DNA from: an uncultured bacterium
Lineage (GTDB): Bacteria; Patescibacteriota; Gracilibacteria; UBA1369; PNNO01
NCBI GenBank assembly: GCA_963704705.1
Contig: OY969931.1
Location: forward strand, 1 to 32,000
DNA: 32,000 nt
Direction of reading: 5' to 3'
Positions 8,407 to 19,200 of the stretch are shown here, piece by piece (position 1 is the stretch's first letter; each line of letters starts with the position of its first letter). The notes below the pieces were generated by a model. It saw nothing but the letters and a program-made list of their open reading frames with translations. It had not been told where the DNA came from and made no database searches. The position numbers and the translations under genes are program-made.

Positions 8407-11400
8407 ATGTTTAAACATATCATAAAATATACGGTTACTTTTATTATCGCGTTTATGTCAATTGTTCCTAATGCAATGGCAGCGCGTTTTTATGTAGAAG
8501 ATAACCCAAATCTACGCAAAGGATGTCCGGGTCAGGTTCGTGTTATGCTTGATACCGAAGGCAAGAACGTACTTGCTGCAGATGCGACCATGACTTACAA
8601 CGGCGCCCAGATGAGTGTAACAAATATGGGACTTGGCGTTACTCTTCCAATGCAGACTTACAATGTAATTTCAGGAGCGCTTCTTGAACTTTCAGGAGCC
8701 CGACTCCCTGCTACCGGTTCTTTTACAGGTAACGGACTTTACGGTTTGCTTTCTTTAACTCCTGATCTTGGAGCCGGAAGCATCAACCTTGGTTTTTCTC
8801 CTGATTTGTCAGTTGATAATGTAATCGCGGAAGACGGAACATTTGCAAATATTATTACTGCGGCAACCGGCCGCACTTTTGCTGTTAAAGACCGCTACAA
8901 TGTTGAAGTTGATGGAGTGGGATTCTGTAATCCTGATCTTACTCCACCGACTGTAACATTTATACTTCCTTCAAATGGTCAGGGCGGCGTGCCGGTTGAC
9001 CAGCCAAATGAAATTTTCTCAATCGCTGACAACCGTGCCGGAGTTGATATTTCGACTCTAAAATACACTATTGAAGGAGTTGATTATACAAATTCTACTC
9101 CTCAAACTACTGCCACTGAAGCAGGTGGTGTTTATAAAGTTGAAACAGCTTTTAATAACACGTGGGCTGAAGGTCAGCGTATTGATATAAGTGTTTATGT
9201 CTGCGATTTAAATACTGATCCAGGTCCTAATTGCGGAACAACCACCGGACACTTTAATATATATTCAACTCCGCCACCCGCGCCTTACTGTGGCGACGGA
9301 ATTGTTACATATACTAATGGTGAACAGTGTGATGATGGTAATGTTTTGGATGGCGATGGGTGCAGTGCCCATTGTTTTGATGAAATAGAACCTGTTGAAT
9401 GTCCGGAAGTTCCGGAAGTGGAAGAATGTCCTTCTGCGGGCCTTACTATTATTAAAGATGTTGGAACCGAATACCTTCCTGCTGAATCTCCGGCTGTAAT
9501 AACCGCTCCAACACCTAAAATTACAGAAGCTGATATTATCGAGGGAAATTATCCTGCGGTTGCTTCTCCTGTAAAAGAGAGTATTGCGGGTTGTACACGC
9601 GCAGATATCACCGCTGACCTAATTAAAGAATTTGATATCGTAAACAGATATAATATAAAGGATGAAAAATGTTTGGCAGATATTGAACATTGTATGCTGC
9701 CATTCCTTATACATTCAGCTTATAAAACAGCTGATCCAGAGGCAGACAGATATTACCCTGATGTATACCTGCAGGGTGAAAGAAAAGAACCGTTATTGAC
9801 TGACGATTCCGGCCCTGTAGATTCAAAAACAAAACAAGATATACATTTGGTTACCCGTGAAGGCGGACTTCAGGGCTTCTACCTTGATGTAGCAAACTTA
9901 AGTCCTTTCCGTCCGCAATGGAACATGACAAGAATCCAGATTGTTAAAGCATTAAACTGGGCTGTATTCGGCCAACAGTGGCAATATGAAGATGAATATC
10001 TGGCTGAAATCGGAGGCGAACAAAATCTTCCAAATGTTCGATCTCTTGCAGCAGACCTTACTCAATGGTGGTATCCAAGATACTACAATTTGGCTTGCGA
10101 CAAGGGCATCTTCGATTGTGATCCATTAACAAACTTCAACCCTGATGAAATTTGTTCTCCAACATGGAAACGCGATATATTCGCAAGATACAAAGTATAT
10201 TATGAAAGTCAAAAACAAGATGTTGTTGATCTAACAAAAGACAGCGATCACGACAGCCTTGTTGATGTAGATGAAGAAAATATCTTCTATACTAATCCTG
10301 ACAATAACGATACCGACAACGACACACTTGATGACGCGGACGAAATTTATGAATATAAATCAAATCCAAAACTATCAGATTCAGATTACGATGGTCTGTC
10401 TGATGGCGATGAAGTAAATAAATATAAAACAAGTCCGGTTGATGAAGACACTGACAACGATACATTTACTGACGGTGAAGAAATCAAGCTTGGTACCGAT
10501 CCTTTAGATCCAAAAGATTTCCCTGCAGACGCAAACAATAATGGAATCGATGACAACTGGGAGATTAAATATGGTATAAGCCCGCAAAACGGTACTGACG
10601 ACACTGACGGCGAAGGGCTTTCTGATCTGCTTGAATACCGTTATGGTACAGATCCTACAAATCCGGATACTGACGGCGACGGATTTAGCGATGCAGATGA
10701 AGTATTCCTTTATCAGTCAGATCCATTATCAACTACAAATATCAAAGACCTTGGCGTAAGAATAACAAATGTACTGGACAACATGATTTTGACTGACCCA
10801 CGTCCTTTGATTCAGGGCTTTGCGCCTGCTGAAGGAATGGAAGTTGAAATAATTTTACGAAATGAATTCGGACATGAAGTTGTGCTTGGAACCACTACAA
10901 CCAGCGTAAATAATGCTTGGGTGTTCACTCCTGACTTTGATCTGCTAAATGGTAACTTCTATCTTCTTGCAAAAGGCTTGGACCCTAATAATAAACAGGT
11001 GCTCGAATCGCCGTTAATATATGTAACCATGGATACTACTCTTAAAGTAGACCATCCAAAACCTGAAAGATTATCAGATGTAAATGTTACAGACGAAGTA
11101 TTATTGCAAGATCTTAAAATAGAAATCCGCGATTCTAATCCGACTTTAATAGGCCGCACAGGATTTAAAAATAAAGTAATTGCAACATGGCAATCAGCAG
11201 TTGGTACATCGGCAATAGTTGCCGACCTTGCCGGAGGCGAATTCCGCATCCAGCCTCCAACCGAACTTCCATGGGGCGAACATACTGTCTCGATTTACGC
11301 TATCCGCGAAAGCGACCGTGCAGTTAGTAAAGTTGTAACCCTTAAATTCGAAATCAAAGAACCTCTTGTTTCAATGCTGCGTGGTGTAGCCCTTGGTACA

Positions 11401-11514
11401 GAGCTTGTATTCCCTCTTTGGGTATGGACAACTATATTCTTAGGAATCGCTGCAACATTCGCAACAGTTACAATTATTCGAAAACGAAGAGGTAAAAAAC
11501 TTTTTAAAAAGTAA
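8407..11514 (+). CDS. Large exported, membrane-anchored protein: cohesin-like domain, one DUF4215 repeat, SLH-like middle region, thrombospondin type-3/Ca-binding repeats, Ig-like domain, C-terminal TM
   Basis: 1035 aa; 'GQVRVMLDTEGKNVLAADATMTYNGAQMSV...NGLYGLLSLTPDLGAGSINLGF'; 'CGDGIVTYTNGEQCDDGNVLDGDGCSAHC'; 'DTDNDTLDDADEIYEYKSNPKLSDSDYDGLSDGDEVNKYKTSPVDEDTDNDTFTDGEE...'; C-terminal 'LWVWTTIFLGIAATFATVTIIRKRRGKKLFKK'. Confidence 0.8.
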   Translation: MFKHIIKYTVTFIIAFMSIVPNAMAARFYVEDNPNLRKGCPGQVRVMLDTEGKNVLAADATMTYNGAQMSVTNMGLGVTLPMQTYNVISGALLELSGARLPATGSFTGNGLYGLLSLTPDLGAGSINLGFSPDLSVDNVIAEDGTFANIITAATGRTFAVKDRYNVEVDGVGFCNPDLTPPTVTFILPSNGQGGVPVDQPNEIFSIADNRAGVDISTLKYTIEGVDYTNSTPQTTATEAGGVYKVETAFNNTWAEGQRIDISVYVCDLNTDPGPNCGTTTGHFNIYSTPPPAPYCGDGIVTYTNGEQCDDGNVLDGDGCSAHCFDEIEPVECPEVPEVEECPSAGLTIIKDVGTEYLPAESPAVITAPTPKITEADIIEGNYPAVASPVKESIAGCTRADITADLIKEFDIVNRYNIKDEKCLADIEHCMLPFLIHSAYKTADPEADRYYPDVYLQGERKEPLLTDDSGPVDSKTKQDIHLVTREGGLQGFYLDVANLSPFRPQWNMTRIQIVKALNWAVFGQQWQYEDEYLAEIGGEQNLPNVRSLAADLTQWWYPRYYNLACDKGIFDCDPLTNFNPDEICSPTWKRDIFARYKVYYESQKQDVVDLTKDSDHDSLVDVDEENIFYTNPDNNDTDNDTLDDADEIYEYKSNPKLSDSDYDGLSDGDEVNKYKTSPVDEDTDNDTFTDGEEIKLGTDPLDPKDFPADANNNGIDDNWEIKYGISPQNGTDDTDGEGLSDLLEYRYGTDPTNPDTDGDGFSDADEVFLYQSDPLSTTNIKDLGVRITNVLDNMILTDPRPLIQGFAPAEGMEVEIILRNEFGHEVVLGTTTTSVNNAWVFTPDFDLLNGNFYLLAKGLDPNNKQVLESPLIYVTMDTTLKVDHPKPERLSDVNVTDEVLLQDLKIEIRDSNPTLIGRTGFKNKVIATWQSAVGTSAIVADLAGGEFRIQPPTELPWGEHTVSIYAIRESDRAVSKVVTLKFEIKEPLVSMLRGVALGTELVFPLWVWTTIFLGIAATFATVTIIRKRRGKKLFKK

Positions 11515-11515
11515 T

Positions 11516-11552
11516 GCTGGAAAATAGCTAGCAATTTGCATATGGCGCTTTT
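11516..11552. repeat. 37-nt dispersed intergenic element, copy 2 (diverged)
   Basis: GCTGGAAAATAGCTAGCAATTTGCATATGGCGCTTTT; ungapped 30/37 match to copy 3. Confidence 0.6.
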
Positions 11553-11587
11553 AATGAGCTCCCCCTCCGTGCTATAATGCAGCCACT

Positions 11588-12220
11588 ATGTTTGATTTGG
11601 GATCTCTCATATATCTGATTATTGGCTTGGTTGTTGCCATTTCCGTTCATGAGGCAGCACATGCTTTTGCTGCATATAAACTCGGCGACAACACTGCAAA
11701 GTTACAGGGCCGCCTTACTCTTAATCCGCTCGCGCACCTTGACCTTATGGGCACAATAATGCTTTTTTTCGCTGGCTTTGGCTGGGGAAAGCCTGTTCCC
11801 GTTAATCCTTATAACTTCAAAAATCCGGTTAAAGACTCGGCTATTGTTTCTTTGGCTGGTCCTGCTTCGAATTTTTTAACAGCTCTTTTGGTGAGTGTGC
11901 CTCTTAAATATTTCGCTGGCACATTGCCTGTTTGGCTTGATACAACGCTTTGGGTTATATTCGATATAAGCCTTATTTTGGGGATTTTTAATCTTTTGCC
12001 TTTCCCTCCGCTTGACGGCTCTAAAATATTCGCTGTGTTTGTACCAAAAAAATATCAGGCAAGATACTTTGAAGTCTTAAAAAAGAGCGAAATTTTCTTT
12101 TTGGTATTTGTACTCGCTGATATCTTTTTTATAAGAAGAATCCTTGGATATTCAATTTTATGGCTTGTACTTGGGTCTGTTTTCGACTTCGTTAAGGCTC
12201 TTATTTTTCTTGGAGGATAG
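11588..12220 (+). CDS. Site-2 protease family (M50) membrane metalloprotease
   Basis: 210 aa, multiple TM segments; HEAAH motif ('ISVHEAAHAFAAYKLGD'); 'NLLPFPPLDGSKI' second motif. Confidence 0.85.
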   Translation: MFDLGSLIYLIIGLVVAISVHEAAHAFAAYKLGDNTAKLQGRLTLNPLAHLDLMGTIMLFFAGFGWGKPVPVNPYNFKNPVKDSAIVSLAGPASNFLTALLVSVPLKYFAGTLPVWLDTTLWVIFDISLILGIFNLLPFPPLDGSKIFAVFVPKKYQARYFEVLKKSEIFFLVFVLADIFFIRRILGYSILWLVLGSVFDFVKALIFLGG

Positions 12221-12508
12221 ATCCGCGCCCACATGTCAACTTCAATTTTTCAATATGTTGTGTTTTTGGCTTATACAAGCACAAGATGTGGTGTTTCCCG
12301 GCTATCGAAACTTGCAAGAAAAAAAGAACGCGAATATAGTAAAAATACTCTGAAGTGTTCGTTAGAACATTTACATGCAAACCCAACAGCAATTAAAGGG
12401 GAGCCAATATTTTTACTGACCGTGGTCTATAAATGAGGTACCCCACCTAAATTATTAGGTTTGTGCATGTCAACCGCTTCGACGGCAACTTCGGAGTTTT
12501 TTAATGGT

Positions 12509-13105
12509 CTATTTTAGAATTACGCTTGCCGGAATCTCAAATTTTTCAGGCTGAATAGCAACATTTGTTTCAACTCTTGTTGCAACCATTTGGTTAGTTA
12601 CACCAGCTATATTAACTTCTTTTTCAAGTACAATCCCGTTCCAGATGCATGCTGTTCCAATGTTAGGAACAATATATAGATCGCATTCTTGTCCTGCTAC
12701 AGTTTTTGTGGTTGCCACCTGTGGGTCTTCCGCGCTGTTTTTAATTCCAAGAGCTTTTTTAACTAAATATTTATTCTGATCTTCAGCTGATAATCCTTTT
12801 AAAGTTTCATAATCCGTACTTGGAAGTTCACTTGCTGTTGCTTTATCCATATCAACGCTATAAGCCTTGTCTCCAAGGTCCAGATCCAAAGTGTTTTTTT
12901 CAGTACCGGCAACACTAACCGATTTATAAAGTGCTTTTTGATCACCTCTCATATAAAGCGTTGCATCGCCTTCGGTCTGGCCGCTTAACTGATACTGAAC
13001 AAGTGCTGTGTCAAAATCATAAACCGCCAGTTCATTAGGATAATTCGGCGTGCATCCAGTCAAAACCAAAACCAAAAGCGCAAAGGGAATAGCAAATTTT
13101 TTCAT
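12509..13105 (-). CDS. Lipoprotein of unknown function
   Basis: 198 aa; signal peptide with lipobox 'LVLVLTGC'. Confidence 0.75.
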   Translation of the reverse strand: MKKFAIPFALLVLVLTGCTPNYPNELAVYDFDTALVQYQLSGQTEGDATLYMRGDQKALYKSVSVAGTEKNTLDLDLGDKAYSVDMDKATASELPSTDYETLKGLSAEDQNKYLVKKALGIKNSAEDPQVATTKTVAGQECDLYIVPNIGTACIWNGIVLEKEVNIAGVTNQMVATRVETNVAIQPEKFEIPASVILK

Positions 13106-13170
13106 GGTAAAATTAATTAATTACTTCTTTCGGAATATACCATATTAAGCGTAAATTGACAACCACTTAC

Positions 13171-13863
13171 TTATGTAAGTATTATGTCTCCTCGCGCAAA
13201 TAAAATCAGCAAGACTCCAAGCGCAATCATCAATAAGCCGGTAAATAAACGCATCCATCTTTTATATTTTTCTTTCCAGTTTTTTATATCAAAGGCTGTT
13301 GTTCCAAAATATGCCAACGCAACAATAACCACCAGCGGAAGCACGAAAATCAAATTATAAATAAACAAATACCAAATTGCCAGCCAGTCCAGTTTTTCAG
13401 CTAAAATTGTTGTTATAGCAAGATACGGTCCTCCTGTACAAGGCAGCTCAACAGCCGAAACCAAAATTCCCAAAATAATCGCACTTGGAATCGTTACGTT
13501 GTCAGCATATTTTTTAACTCTTGCCACCTGTGATGCGGGTATGCTCAAACTAAAACCTTTTCCATACCAAAAATAATCTTTAATTTCAACAAATCCCAGA
13601 AATATAACCAAAAATCCAACCATAATACCAATCATTTCACCTATTTGAAGCTGATGAATAACAGTTAAAAGGCCCAGTCCTGCCAAAAAATAAGTAACAA
13701 AAACCGCAACAATATAAATTAATCCCGTTAACAGCATCATTTTTTTCTGCTCTTTTAACAGCAATAAGGCTGAAATAAGCAAAATAAGCACACCAATCGC
13801 GCACGGGTTTATCGAATCTATAAGCGCAGTAACAAGAACTGTAGTAAGTTTTAAATCTGGCAT
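13171..13863 (-). CDS. Cytochrome c biogenesis/DsbD-like transmembrane protein (CcdA family)
   Basis: 230 aa; 'LIDSINPCAIGVLILLISALLL' and 'SAVELPCTGGPYLAI' Cys-Pro TM motifs. Confidence 0.85.
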   Translation of the reverse strand: MPDLKLTTVLVTALIDSINPCAIGVLILLISALLLLKEQKKMMLLTGLIYIVAVFVTYFLAGLGLLTVIHQLQIGEMIGIMVGFLVIFLGFVEIKDYFWYGKGFSLSIPASQVARVKKYADNVTIPSAIILGILVSAVELPCTGGPYLAITTILAEKLDWLAIWYLFIYNLIFVLPLVVIVALAYFGTTAFDIKNWKEKYKRWMRLFTGLLMIALGVLLILFARGDIILT

Positions 13864-13873
13864 TTTTTAATTG

Positions 13874-14254
13874 TTAACAGCCCGCAAGAGTAGCAAGCTC
13901 TTCAGGGTCGTGAAAACCGGAAGTAAATTCCTGACCCGGAATATCCCAGGTTGGAACCGATTCTATTTTGTTTTCAACGCAAAGCTTGGCTGTTTCAAGG
14001 TTTGTATTGGCGTCACACTCAACATAATTTATTAATTCAAAAGCATCACCGAAGGCTTCTTTTTGCTGCTTACAGTGGCTGCACCAGATCGCGCCATACA
14101 TTTTCACCCCTTTGTCGGTTAAGCACTGTGCGATTTCTTTTAATCGCGCGTCGTCAGGGGGCGCAACAGAGCCTCCGCCACAAGCAGTGAAAACGAAAAT
14201 AAAAACCAGAAGAAAAGCTAATTTTTTCATAACATTAGGGTTAACAAAACTCAC
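13874..14254 (-). CDS. Thioredoxin-like lipoprotein (VKOR partner type)
   Basis: 126 aa; lipobox 'FVFTACGG'; redox motif 'YGAIWCSHCKQQKEAF'; 'IESVPTWDIPG' cis-Pro region. Confidence 0.8.
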   Translation of the reverse strand: MSFVNPNVMKKLAFLLVFIFVFTACGGGSVAPPDDARLKEIAQCLTDKGVKMYGAIWCSHCKQQKEAFGDAFELINYVECDANTNLETAKLCVENKIESVPTWDIPGQEFTSGFHDPEELATLAGC

Positions 14255-14762
14255 AAACCTTTGTTTCTTTTAAACCACTGTTGATAACTTTATATGCCCA
14301 AATGTGCAAAACCGCAATTATTATGATCAAAATTTGCTGGGCCACACAGTAAGGACAGAACGTATTAATCACAAAGGCTTCAACATAAGTCAGGTATAAA
14401 GAAAAGAGAATTCCAAAATAAACGAAGTATCTTACAATGTTCAAAACTGTGTTTGGTCTTAAAACTTTTAAAATTTTATTAAAAGGCACTTTTAGTGCTA
14501 CCCCAAGCGTGCCCACTAAAAGGCCCGTATAAAATATGAGTCCCCATATTGCCACAGGGATTCCAAACAAAACCGCGTATTCGGTCTGCGCAACTTTTGT
14601 ACAGTCGAATACGCTGCTTAAGCTGCAGCCTGCTGCACCCGGATTATAATATTCTATTGTTAGAATTATAGAAAAAATAATATTTAAAAATATAAAAAAG
14701 CTTGCGGCAACAAGTATTTTGTTCACTTTTGGGCGAACTAAATCTGGCGTGTTTTCTTTCAT
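14241..14762 (-). CDS. Vitamin K epoxide reductase (VKOR) family protein
   Basis: 173 aa; 'GCSLSSVFDCTKVAQTEYAVLFGIPVAIWGLIFY' and 'NTFCPYCVAQQ' (CxxC). Overlaps the start of the thioredoxin-like ORF. Confidence 0.85.
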   Translation of the reverse strand: MKENTPDLVRPKVNKILVAASFFIFLNIIFSIILTIEYYNPGAAGCSLSSVFDCTKVAQTEYAVLFGIPVAIWGLIFYTGLLVGTLGVALKVPFNKILKVLRPNTVLNIVRYFVYFGILFSLYLTYVEAFVINTFCPYCVAQQILIIIIAVLHIWAYKVINSGLKETKVCEFC

Positions 14763-15031
14763 GTTAATAAGTTGTTAACGTCGGCATATAGTATAACTGT
14801 TTTTGAACATCGGTTAAAGCGCTTTTATAAATGGTTTGAACTTGTTTTCAATATTGGTGTTCAAAACCCGTAAACGTCTTTCCTTTAATAAAACTGCTGG
14901 TTTTTGGGGGTGTGTTTGTACAACATTCTTTGTTTTTTTACAATTCTTACTACTTCTGTTTTTAATATAATTAATAATATAAATAAAACATTAAAAGAAA
15001 AAGTTTTTGAACAATGTCAAAATGTTTTTAT

Positions 15032-15059
15032 TGTTTTATTGTAGGGAATTTGTATAATG
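15032..15059 (+). promoter_or_regulatory. Candidate dnaN promoter
   Basis: TTGTTT (15032-15037), 16-nt spacer, TATAAT (15054-15059). Confidence 0.45.
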
Positions 15060-15089
15060 GGGGTGTCTAATTTCTAAACCTTTTTTTAT

Positions 15090-16196
15090 ATGAAAGTCTT
15101 TTGTGATCAAAAAGATTTGTCGTACGCGCTAAATACTGTAAACAAAGCGATAAGTCCCAACAATACTCTTCCTGTGTTAAATAATATTTTACTTAAGGCT
15201 GAAAATAAAAAACTTTATTTATCAGCAACAAACCTTGAGCTTGCCATAAGTCTTAATATTGACGCAGACGTAAGGAACGAAGGCTCAATAACCGTGCCGG
15301 CAAGATTAATCACAAACCACATTTCATTGTTGAGTGACGGGCAAATAGAGTTAAATTTAACAGAAGGATTAACTCTTTCAATTAAATCAAAAGGGTCAGA
15401 AACTAAAATGAAAGGTATTAACGCAGACGAATTCCCGCTTATTCCAAAAATCGAAAACCCAAAGACAGTAAAAGTTTCAGCAAAAGATTTAAATAAAGCA
15501 ATTACAAGAACCGTTTTCGCGGCTAGTCAAAACCCGGCAAAACCAGTTCTTTCAGGCGTAAACTTTATTGTTGATAAAGATATAATGAAGGTTGTGGCAA
15601 CAGACAGCTACAGGCTTGCAGAGCAAAAAATCCCATTAAAAGAAAAGGTAGATTTCGATGTTCAATCAATCGTTCCGGCAAGAACAGTTCAGGAATTAGG
15701 GAAGGTTGTTGGGAAAGATGAAGACCAAGATGTAGAAATGGAATTTTCAGACAGCCAGATTTTATTTAAAATCGGATCTATTGAATTAACATCTCGATTA
15801 ATCGAGGGCGCTTTCCCTGCTTACGAAAAAATCTTTCCAAAAACAAGCAAGACAAAAATAGATGTCCAGCTCGACGAGTTTATAAAAACCGTAAAACGTG
15901 TTTCTTTGTTCGCGCGTGAAAACAACAATAATATTAAATTAGCCGCTACAAACGACGGAAAACTAACAATCTCAACAGACGAAACAAAAATCGGAGAAGA
16001 AAAGGCAGAGGTGGATGTTGAAATGAGCGGCGAGAACAACAAAATAGCACTTAACGCTCAGTATCTGGGCGATGTTCTTAATTATCTGGACATTGATAAA
16101 GCGCGCGTAGAACTCAACGACAAACTGTCACCTGCTGCAATTAAACCTTGCAACGATAACGACTATGTGTATATTATCATGCCACTAAAAGTATAA
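15090..16196 (+). CDS. dnaN: DNA polymerase III subunit beta (sliding clamp)
   Basis: 368 aa; 'MKVFCDQKDLSYALNTVNKAISPNNTLPVLNNILLKA', 'PAQNPAKPVLSGVNF'-type motif, C-terminal 'YVYIIMPLKV'. Confidence 0.95.
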   Translation: MKVFCDQKDLSYALNTVNKAISPNNTLPVLNNILLKAENKKLYLSATNLELAISLNIDADVRNEGSITVPARLITNHISLLSDGQIELNLTEGLTLSIKSKGSETKMKGINADEFPLIPKIENPKTVKVSAKDLNKAITRTVFAASQNPAKPVLSGVNFIVDKDIMKVVATDSYRLAEQKIPLKEKVDFDVQSIVPARTVQELGKVVGKDEDQDVEMEFSDSQILFKIGSIELTSRLIEGAFPAYEKIFPKTSKTKIDVQLDEFIKTVKRVSLFARENNNNIKLAATNDGKLTISTDETKIGEEKAEVDVEMSGENNKIALNAQYLGDVLNYLDIDKARVELNDKLSPAAIKPCNDNDYVYIIMPLKV

Positions 16197-16210
16197 AAAA
16201 ATAATTTAGA

Positions 16211-19200
16211 TTGGTTCCGAAAGAAATTAAAATCAGTGAGCTTTTTGACACTGCCCAGAATATTCGCGTTTTGGACCTTTTTCACAAACATAAAAATATG
16301 AGCCTTAGCGGAGCCGGAAACTCCTCTTCAAAAGCGCTTATTGTATTTGAATTATTAAAAAAATTCACTGAATATAAAAAAGTTTTATGGGTTGTTAACG
16401 ACCCGATGGAACAGGAAAACCTCATGAAAACTCTTAGTATTTGGAGCAGCCTGGCAACATACAGTTATATTTTAAAAGAAGAAATTTCCAGGGAGAATTT
16501 AATTGAAACATTGAGTACAATCTCTCATCTTAGGGATTCTGAGCGCAAAATAATTATCGCACCTTACCAGGCGATTTTAGAGAACGTTCCTTCAAAAGAA
16601 GAAGTTGATGAAAAAAAGATTACACTTGAAGAAGGCCAGATAATCACAAATATTGAGCTTATTGAAGCTTTTGTTGATAAGGGTTACGAGGTTGCACCCG
16701 GAGACTTTCTTGAACAGGGAATGTACTACCAGAAAGGTGAAATTATAACGGTTTTTCCTGCGAACTCAGACCATCCTTTAAGAATAGAAATTGCTTTCGA
16801 TAAAATCGAATCAATGGATTATTACGAACAAGAGAATGGCGCGAAATCCATTAAAAAATTGAAAAAAGCAGATATATACCCCTTAAAAATCACAACAGAC
16901 ACAGGAGTTTTAACTGACTATCTAGACAAAAATACGCTTTTAATCGAAGACGAAATTGATGTAATCGACGATTATTTTGACGCGTGGAACGACCTTGTTG
17001 CGGAAGCATACGAAAAAAGCGCCTCATTAACTTTTACAACTTTCAACGAAGACGTGCCGGCGCATGAACATCTTCATTATTTGTCAGTCCTAAAATATCG
17101 GGGTTCATACGATTTTATAAGCGACCTTCGCGATAAACAGCGCACCAACTGGAACGTGGTTGTGTTTACAAAAAAAATTGGCGAATTAAAAACAATGCTC
17201 GACGACAGCAATGTTCCGTATACTCAAGACCCTGTGCAGCTCGCAAACATTCAGGAAAGCCAAAATTTTCTATTTGTTATTGAGATTGATAAAGAAGCGA
17301 TCTTTCCAAAATCTTTCCAAAACCCGGAGATAAAACTTTTATTTTTGTCAGACAAAGATATTCTTTCTTTGCAGGAAGAAGCTAAAAAATCATTCAACCA
17401 AAAAATATATTTAGACTTTTTAACAGGCTTAAAACCAAACGATTATGTTGTACACGCGGATCACGGAATCGCCCGATTCTTAGGCCTTGAGAGAAAAACA
17501 GTGGACGAAATCACCCGCGAATATTTGAAGCTTGGCTATGCAGAAAACGACAAACTTTTTGTGCCGATTGATCAGGCGGACAAAGTGAATAAATATATTG
17601 GAGCTGAAGAGAATGCGCCAAAATTAACAAGGCTCGGCTCTGCCGAATGGTCAACCATGACTAACCGCGTTAAAAAAGAAACCGAAAAAATCGCCAAAGA
17701 ACTACTGGTTTTGTATGCTAAACGAAAAAGCGCAAAAGGATTCGCCTACAAAAAAGACAATGATATTCAGGAGAAATTTGAAGCAACCTTTCCGTACGAA
17801 GAAACTCCGGGCCAATTTAAATCAATCAACGACGTTAAAGAAGATATGGAAAAAGACACGCCAATGGATCGTCTCGTTTGCGGGGATGTTGGGTTTGGAA
17901 AAACAGAGGTTGCAATGCGTGCTGCCTTTAAGGCTGTACAAAGCGGCAAACAGGTTGCGCTTGTTTCGCCGATTACAATTTTGACTGACCAGCATTACAG
18001 ATCTTTTACCAAAAGAATGGATCAATTTAATGTTCGTGTTGAAATGCTTTCTCGTTTTAAATCGCAAAAACAGCAAAAGGAAATTCTCGATAAACTAGCA
18101 AAAGGCGAAGTGGATATTGTTATTGGAACACACAGATTGCTTCAACCCGATGTTAATTTTAAAAATCTTGGACTAATAATTGTGGACGAAGAACAGCGCT
18201 TTGGTGTTAAACAAAAAGAAAAATTAAAAGAAATAAAAAGTGAAGTTGACGTTTTGACTTTAACTGCAACGCCGATTCCGCGAACATTAAACATTTGCTT
18301 AAACAAGCTTCGCGACATAACAACAATTACAACCCCGCCTCCTGGCAGACTTCCGATTATTACCGAGGTTCGCAGATTCAGCAACGGCCTTGTGCGTGAC
18401 GCTATCCTTCGCGAGGTTGCGCGAAACGGACAAATTTATTTTTTGCACAACCGGGTACAGACTATTGACGCAATGGCAGACAAACTGCGAAAACTTGTTC
18501 CTGAAGCCACTTTTGGAGTTGCTCACGGAAAGCTCGGCAGCGGCGATCTTGAAGACAGGATCGTTGCATTTAAAGAACATCAATTCGATGTTTTGGTAAG
18601 CTCAACAATTATTGAGAATGGAATCGACCTTGCGAACGCGAATACCTTGATTGTAAACAACGCGGAAAAATTCGGCTTATCACAACTTTATCAGTTACGC
18701 GGACGTGTAGGCCGCGGCAAAACCCAGGCTTATGCATACTTTTTATATAATGGGCAACGCCTTAAACTGGATGCTAAAAAACGCCTTCGTGCGATAGTTG
18801 AAGCCAGTGACCTCGGCAGCGGTTTCCAGATTGCAATGAAAGATCTCGAGATCAGAGGAGCCGGAGATATCTTGGGCGCAAACCAACATGGCGTTATAAA
18901 TGTTGTGGGCGTTTCGCATTTTATTCGCATGCTCAACAAAGCTGTTGAAGATCTTAAAGCTGGCAGACTTCAGGGCAAAGAAGGCCAGGAGATCGCCGAA
19001 GTCGCAATTGAACTTCCTGTTTCAGCCTTTATCCCTGACGATTATATAGTTAATGCAAAAGATAAAATTAATGCTTATCAAAAATTATCAGGCGCAGACA
19101 ACCTTGAATATTTAAATGACTTAAATGACGAAATGGTCCAGGAGTACGGCAAAATGCCTCGTGAAGTTCAAAATCTGTTCCGTGTACTCGAACTAAAAAT

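Noticed and set aside
12221-12500. Short overlapping ORFs in the gap between the M50 protease and the lipoprotein gene
   Set aside because: Three mutually overlapping 63-69 aa ORFs with no domain pattern or start context; convergent intergenic DNA, function undetermined.
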